Shown here: one piece after another, positions 56,425 to 59,155 of the stretch
Numbering within the stretch: position 1 is the stretch's first letter
Layout: every line of letters begins with the position of its first letter
NCBI GenBank assembly: GCA_945901095.1
Contig: CAMDKQ010000002.1
Location: 1 to 59,155 of the forward strand
Source of the DNA: Bifidobacterium breve
GTDB taxonomy: Bacteria > Actinomycetota > Actinomycetes > S36-B12
Direction of reading: 5' to 3'
DNA: 59,155 bases
Made by a program: the position numbers and the translations under genes
Notes under the pieces: model-generated
What the model saw: the letters and a program-made list of their open reading frames with translations, nothing else
Databases searched by the model: none
What the model was told of the DNA's origin: nothing

Positions 56425-57225
56425 CCATGGAATCGACGGCCACTCATCCGACGGCAAGGGGAACACTCCGTGCGCGATGAGATCGTCGATCCGGTCCTTG
56501 AGCGCACGGGACTCCGCTGTCGTGAGCCAGTCGGTGACGACCTCGGCCTCGGTCGTGTCAAGCACGGCGCGGAGCCGTCGGAGAGTTGCGAGAAGTTGAG
56601 CAGGGATTGGCACACCCGACCAACCCCAGAGCACTGACCGCAGTTTGTCCTCCTCATGGAAGGTGAGCCCATGGTCGATCCCCCAGATGCGCCCGGCGGT
56701 GTCAACGAGGAGGTGGCCGCCCTTGCGGTCGGAGTTGTTCGTGATGACGTCGAGGAGTGCGATCTCCTGGACGGCCTCGAGGTCGGCGTGGACGAGCCTG
56801 ATCGGCGCGCCTGTCCCGGACTGCCCCTCGAGGACGCTCATCCAGCCAGGATGCTCGGCATCAATCGGAAGGAGATCGACGACTCCGGCTGACGGGTCCT
56901 CCTCGATCCACTCTTGGCACATACCGGGTCCGGCCGGTCCGTCGTCGCGCCACACCGTCGTCGGGATGACGTCCCAGCAGGCCAACCGGGCAAGCTCATA
57001 TGTCGCGATTTCCCGGCCGGCGAGATGGCCGTCAGGGAAATCCCACAGGGGCCGCTCGCCGCTCACCGGCTTGTAGACACAGAGCAGGTCGATCCCGCTG
57101 ACCGAGGTGACCTTGCACCGCAGGGTCTGGTTCGACGCCGATACGAGGCGACCCTCGATGTGAAGTTCGCCGGTTGCGAGCGCCAACGCAAGCTCGTCCT
57201 GCGGCAGGCGCGCTACCTCGTTCAT
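56413..57225 (-). CDS. SCO1664-family protein with PI3/PI4-kinase-like catalytic segment
   Basis: The ATG at 57225 forms an ATGA overlap with the DUF3090 stop. It carries the motifs NNSDRKGGHLLV and GIDHGLTF (kinase catalytic-loop and DFG-like). The track start at 57372 is over-extended. Confidence 0.8.
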   Translation of the reverse strand: MNEVARLPQDELALALATGELHIEGRLVSASNQTLRCKVTSVSGIDLLCVYKPVSGERPLWDFPDGHLAGREIATYELARLACWDVIPTTVWRDDGPAGPGMCQEWIEEDPSAGVVDLLPIDAEHPGWMSVLEGQSGTGAPIRLVHADLEAVQEIALLDVITNNSDRKGGHLLVDTAGRIWGIDHGLTFHEEDKLRSVLWGWSGVPIPAQLLATLRRLRAVLDTTEAEVVTDWLTTAESRALKDRIDDLIAHGVFPLPSDEWPSIPWPVF

Positions 57226-57782
57226 GACCGGCGACGGTAGCCGTTCGCCCGCGGGCAGACATGCCCGGCCGGGTCGAGAGGCTGGGTGCAGAACGGGCAA
57301 GGCGGACGGCCGGCACCGGCGACGATCTGGGCACGGGCTGCGAATGATCGCGCGTACGACGGGGTGAGCCAAACGCGGAGGGTATCGGTGCCGTCGGCGT
57401 CGTCATCGGCGATGTCGGGAATCTCGGTGCCATCCTCGGCAACCGCGTGGGCTTCGACGACCACCCGGGATGTCGCCTCGTCCCAACCGAGAGCCATTGC
57501 GCCGACCCGAAATTCTTCTACGAGCGGAAGGTCGAGCGGCTGCGAATCACTCTCCGTGCCTGTGTCTGGGATCGGGACCTCCGGTGACCGGGTATCGCGG
57601 ACCTCGTTAAGGAGTTGGTCGAGTCGCTCAGCGAGAACGATCACCTGCTGCTTCTCGACCACGACACTTGTTACCTGGTTGCCTGATCGGGCTTGAAGGA
57701 AAAAGGTGCGCTCCCCGGGCATCCCGATAGTGCCGACGACGAAGCGATCGGGCGACTGAAACTCGAAGATCTGACGTGGCAC
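57222..57782 (-). CDS. DUF3090-family protein
   Basis: MPRQIFEFQSPDRFVVGTIGMPGERTFFLQA N-terminus and a C-terminal Cys/His knuckle, PCPFCTQPLDPAGHVCPRANGY. Confidence 0.8.
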   Translation of the reverse strand: MPRQIFEFQSPDRFVVGTIGMPGERTFFLQARSGNQVTSVVVEKQQVIVLAERLDQLLNEVRDTRSPEVPIPDTGTESDSQPLDLPLVEEFRVGAMALGWDEATSRVVVEAHAVAEDGTEIPDIADDDADGTDTLRVWLTPSYARSFAARAQIVAGAGRPPCPFCTQPLDPAGHVCPRANGYRRRS

Positions 57783-57820
57783 GCATTGACCTTACCTGCA
57801 TCTGGGCAGGGCTGCCCGCC

Positions 57821-58513
57821 TCAACCGGAGCCGCCACCGACAGCGGCGTCACTGGTGCGTCGACGTCGCTTCGTTCCCTTGGCAGGGACGAGCGACGAGA
57901 GGTCGCCGCCTGTGTCATTCGTTCGGAGAACGAAGGGACGCAGTTTCGTATAGCGGATGATGCTGACGGAGCAGGGATCCACGGAGATGCGCTGGAATTG
58001 GTCGAGGTGGACCCCGAGGGCATCGGCAATGATCGCCTTGATGACGTCGCCGTGGCTCACTGCAACGTAGATTGCCTCCTCGCCAAGTCGAGCATTCCAG
58101 TCTCGGACCGCGCCGACAGCGCGGTGTTGCATCTGTGCGAGCGACTCTCCCCCCGGCCCGGGGAACACGGCGGCACTGGGATGCGCCTGCACGACGCTCC
58201 ACATCGGTTCCTTCGACAGTTCCTTGAGCGGCCGGCCGGTCCAGTCGCCATAGTGGCACTCGCCGAGGCGTTCATCGGTGTGTCGTTCGACGGCGCCACT
58301 TTGTCCGGCTGCGATGACATCAGCGGTCTGCTGCGTTCGCTCAAGTGGGGAAGCCACCACGGCCGCAAGATTTACGACCGAGATGCGCGCAGCGACGGCA
58401 TCAGCCTGAGATTCCCCGTGCTGGTCGAGGAACACGCCAGGGGTCCAGCCGGCGAGGACACCGTCGGCATTCGCTTTCGTGCGACCGTGCCTGACGAGGA
58501 TGAGGGTAGTCAT
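57821..58513 (-). CDS. histidine phosphatase superfamily protein (MSMEG_4193/Rv2135c-like putative phosphomutase/phosphatase)
   Basis: The ATG at 58513 gives MTTLILVRHGRTKANADG (RHG motif). A second His motif is VAVSHGDVIK. The C-terminal tail is basic. Confidence 0.8.
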   Translation of the reverse strand: MTTLILVRHGRTKANADGVLAGWTPGVFLDQHGESQADAVAARISVVNLAAVVASPLERTQQTADVIAAGQSGAVERHTDERLGECHYGDWTGRPLKELSKEPMWSVVQAHPSAAVFPGPGGESLAQMQHRAVGAVRDWNARLGEEAIYVAVSHGDVIKAIIADALGVHLDQFQRISVDPCSVSIIRYTKLRPFVLRTNDTGGDLSSLVPAKGTKRRRRTSDAAVGGGSG

Positions 58514-58615
58514 GGAGTCGAGCGTACGGGCCATGCCATCACTTGGCTGGCGCTGCATCTAATACGCCTCTCGCGGCCCTCAGTGACACAGGGGTGGGTG
58601 CAGCACAATGGGCTC

Positions 58616-59155
58616 ATGATTCGCGGGATGGGCCTTTACGGTGCCGACAGTGCCCTGGCGCTTCAGGACGTTCGAAGTTGGGAGATGCCGGGCGACAGTC
58701 CCGTCGCGCCTAAGCTTCTCGATCTCAAGGAGCAATGCAAAGCCAAACCCGGCTCATTCGTCTGGCTCGGCCTATTCGAGCCGACGAAGGCCGAACTCGC
58801 TACCGTCGCCAATGTCTTTGAACTGTCGCCCCTTCAAGTCGAAGACGCTGCAAACGATGCTCAGCGACCAAAGGTTGAGGTGGGCCCAGCTGGGCGCATC
58901 TTCGTCATCGCGAAGGTCCTCGACTACATTGAGCGATCCTCTGATGTCCAGACCGGGCAACTCGCGGTGTTCATCGGCCCGTGGTTCGCGGTGACTGTGC
59001 GCTTCGGCCAGATCGGCGACCTGCGTGGCATCCGCGAGCGTCTTGAGGATAGCGCCGACCTGCGCGCACACGGGTCGATAGCAGTCCTGTATTCCGTCCT
59101 CGACCGCATCGTCGACGGGTACCTCACTGTCACCGACGAGATCGCTCAGGACATT
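58616..59155 (+). CDS. corA: CorA-family magnesium/cobalt transporter, N-terminal part (runs off the right edge)
   Basis: The frame is open from the ATG at 58616 to the window end (180 codons, no stop): MIRGMGLYGADSALALQDV...FVWLGLFEPTKAELATVANVFELSPLQVEDAANDAQRPKVE...YSVLDRIVDGYLTVTDEIAQDI, a typical CorA cytoplasmic domain. It is missing from the ORF track because no stop lies in the window. Confidence 0.75.
   Translation, partial: MIRGMGLYGADSALALQDVRSWEMPGDSPVAPKLLDLKEQCKAKPGSFVWLGLFEPTKAELATVANVFELSPLQVEDAANDAQRPKVEVGPAGRIFVIAKVLDYIERSSDVQTGQLAVFIGPWFAVTVRFGQIGDLRGIRERLEDSADLRAHGSIAVLYSVLDRIVDGYLTVTDEIAQDI

Noticed and set aside
58514-58615. Possible Mg2+ (M-box) riboswitch upstream of corA
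   Set aside because: The spacer is only about 100 bp, shared with a divergent gene. That is too short for an M-box aptamer plus platform, and I saw no conserved M-box strings.
58641-58994. 117-aa plus-strand ORF given in the track near the right edge
   Set aside because: A different frame is open from the ATG at 58616 to the window end and gives a clear CorA N-terminal domain. The track ORF is an off-frame artefact.

Overview
High-GC actinobacterial chromosomal core region. It is densely packed with about 60 genes, and many neighbours share 4-nt ATGA/GTGA start-stop overlaps. The gene order matches three conserved blocks I recall (from memory, not searched) from Mycobacterium tuberculosis. 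Block 1 is gcvH-garA-merR-DUF151 nuclease-merR-gcvP (Rv1826-Rv1832 region). Block 2 is rbpA / fxsA-ppm1-lnt (Rv2050-Rv2053c region). Block 3 is a long minus-strand run (Rv2089c-Rv2135c region): M24 peptidase, 5'-3' exonuclease, helY, tatC, tatA, pafC, pafB, two FKBP isomerases, pafA, prcA, prcB, pup, dop, arc/mpa, trmI, metH, a PAC2 protein, pgi, gnd and mshC, ending in a kinase-like/DUF3090/histidine-phosphatase trio. The left end carries the tail of a DUF222 HNH endonuclease, a TldD/PmbA pair, fabG-inhA and serB. The right end runs into corA. The less conserved inserts are an orphan oxidoreductase/class I aldolase/FGGY kinase module (15.8-19.3 kb) and a loose group of HAD phosphatase, Tat-exported BBE flavoprotein, GNAT, small membrane protein and LigB-type dioxygenase (19.3-23.6 kb). 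A tandem glycine riboswitch precedes gcvP. I found no tRNA, rRNA, CRISPR array or intact mobile element. The most interesting observations are: (a) the uncharacterised phosphatase/DUF3090/PI-kinase-like trio co-directional with mshC; (b) a 26-bp x ~3.7 tandem repeat directly upstream of helY; (c) recurrent perfect micro-duplications on start or stop codons (serB, HAD phosphatase, pafB, the kinase-like gene); (d) a 33-bp near-perfect palindrome between the M24 peptidase and exonuclease genes; (e) a GarA/OdhI homologue with an N-terminal zinc ribbon. Many long ORFs in the track are antisense or off-frame GC artefacts and are rejected. Several track ORFs are N-terminally over-extended, and I give shorter starts where the sequence supports them. 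All family assignments come from motif recognition by eye. No database search was run.
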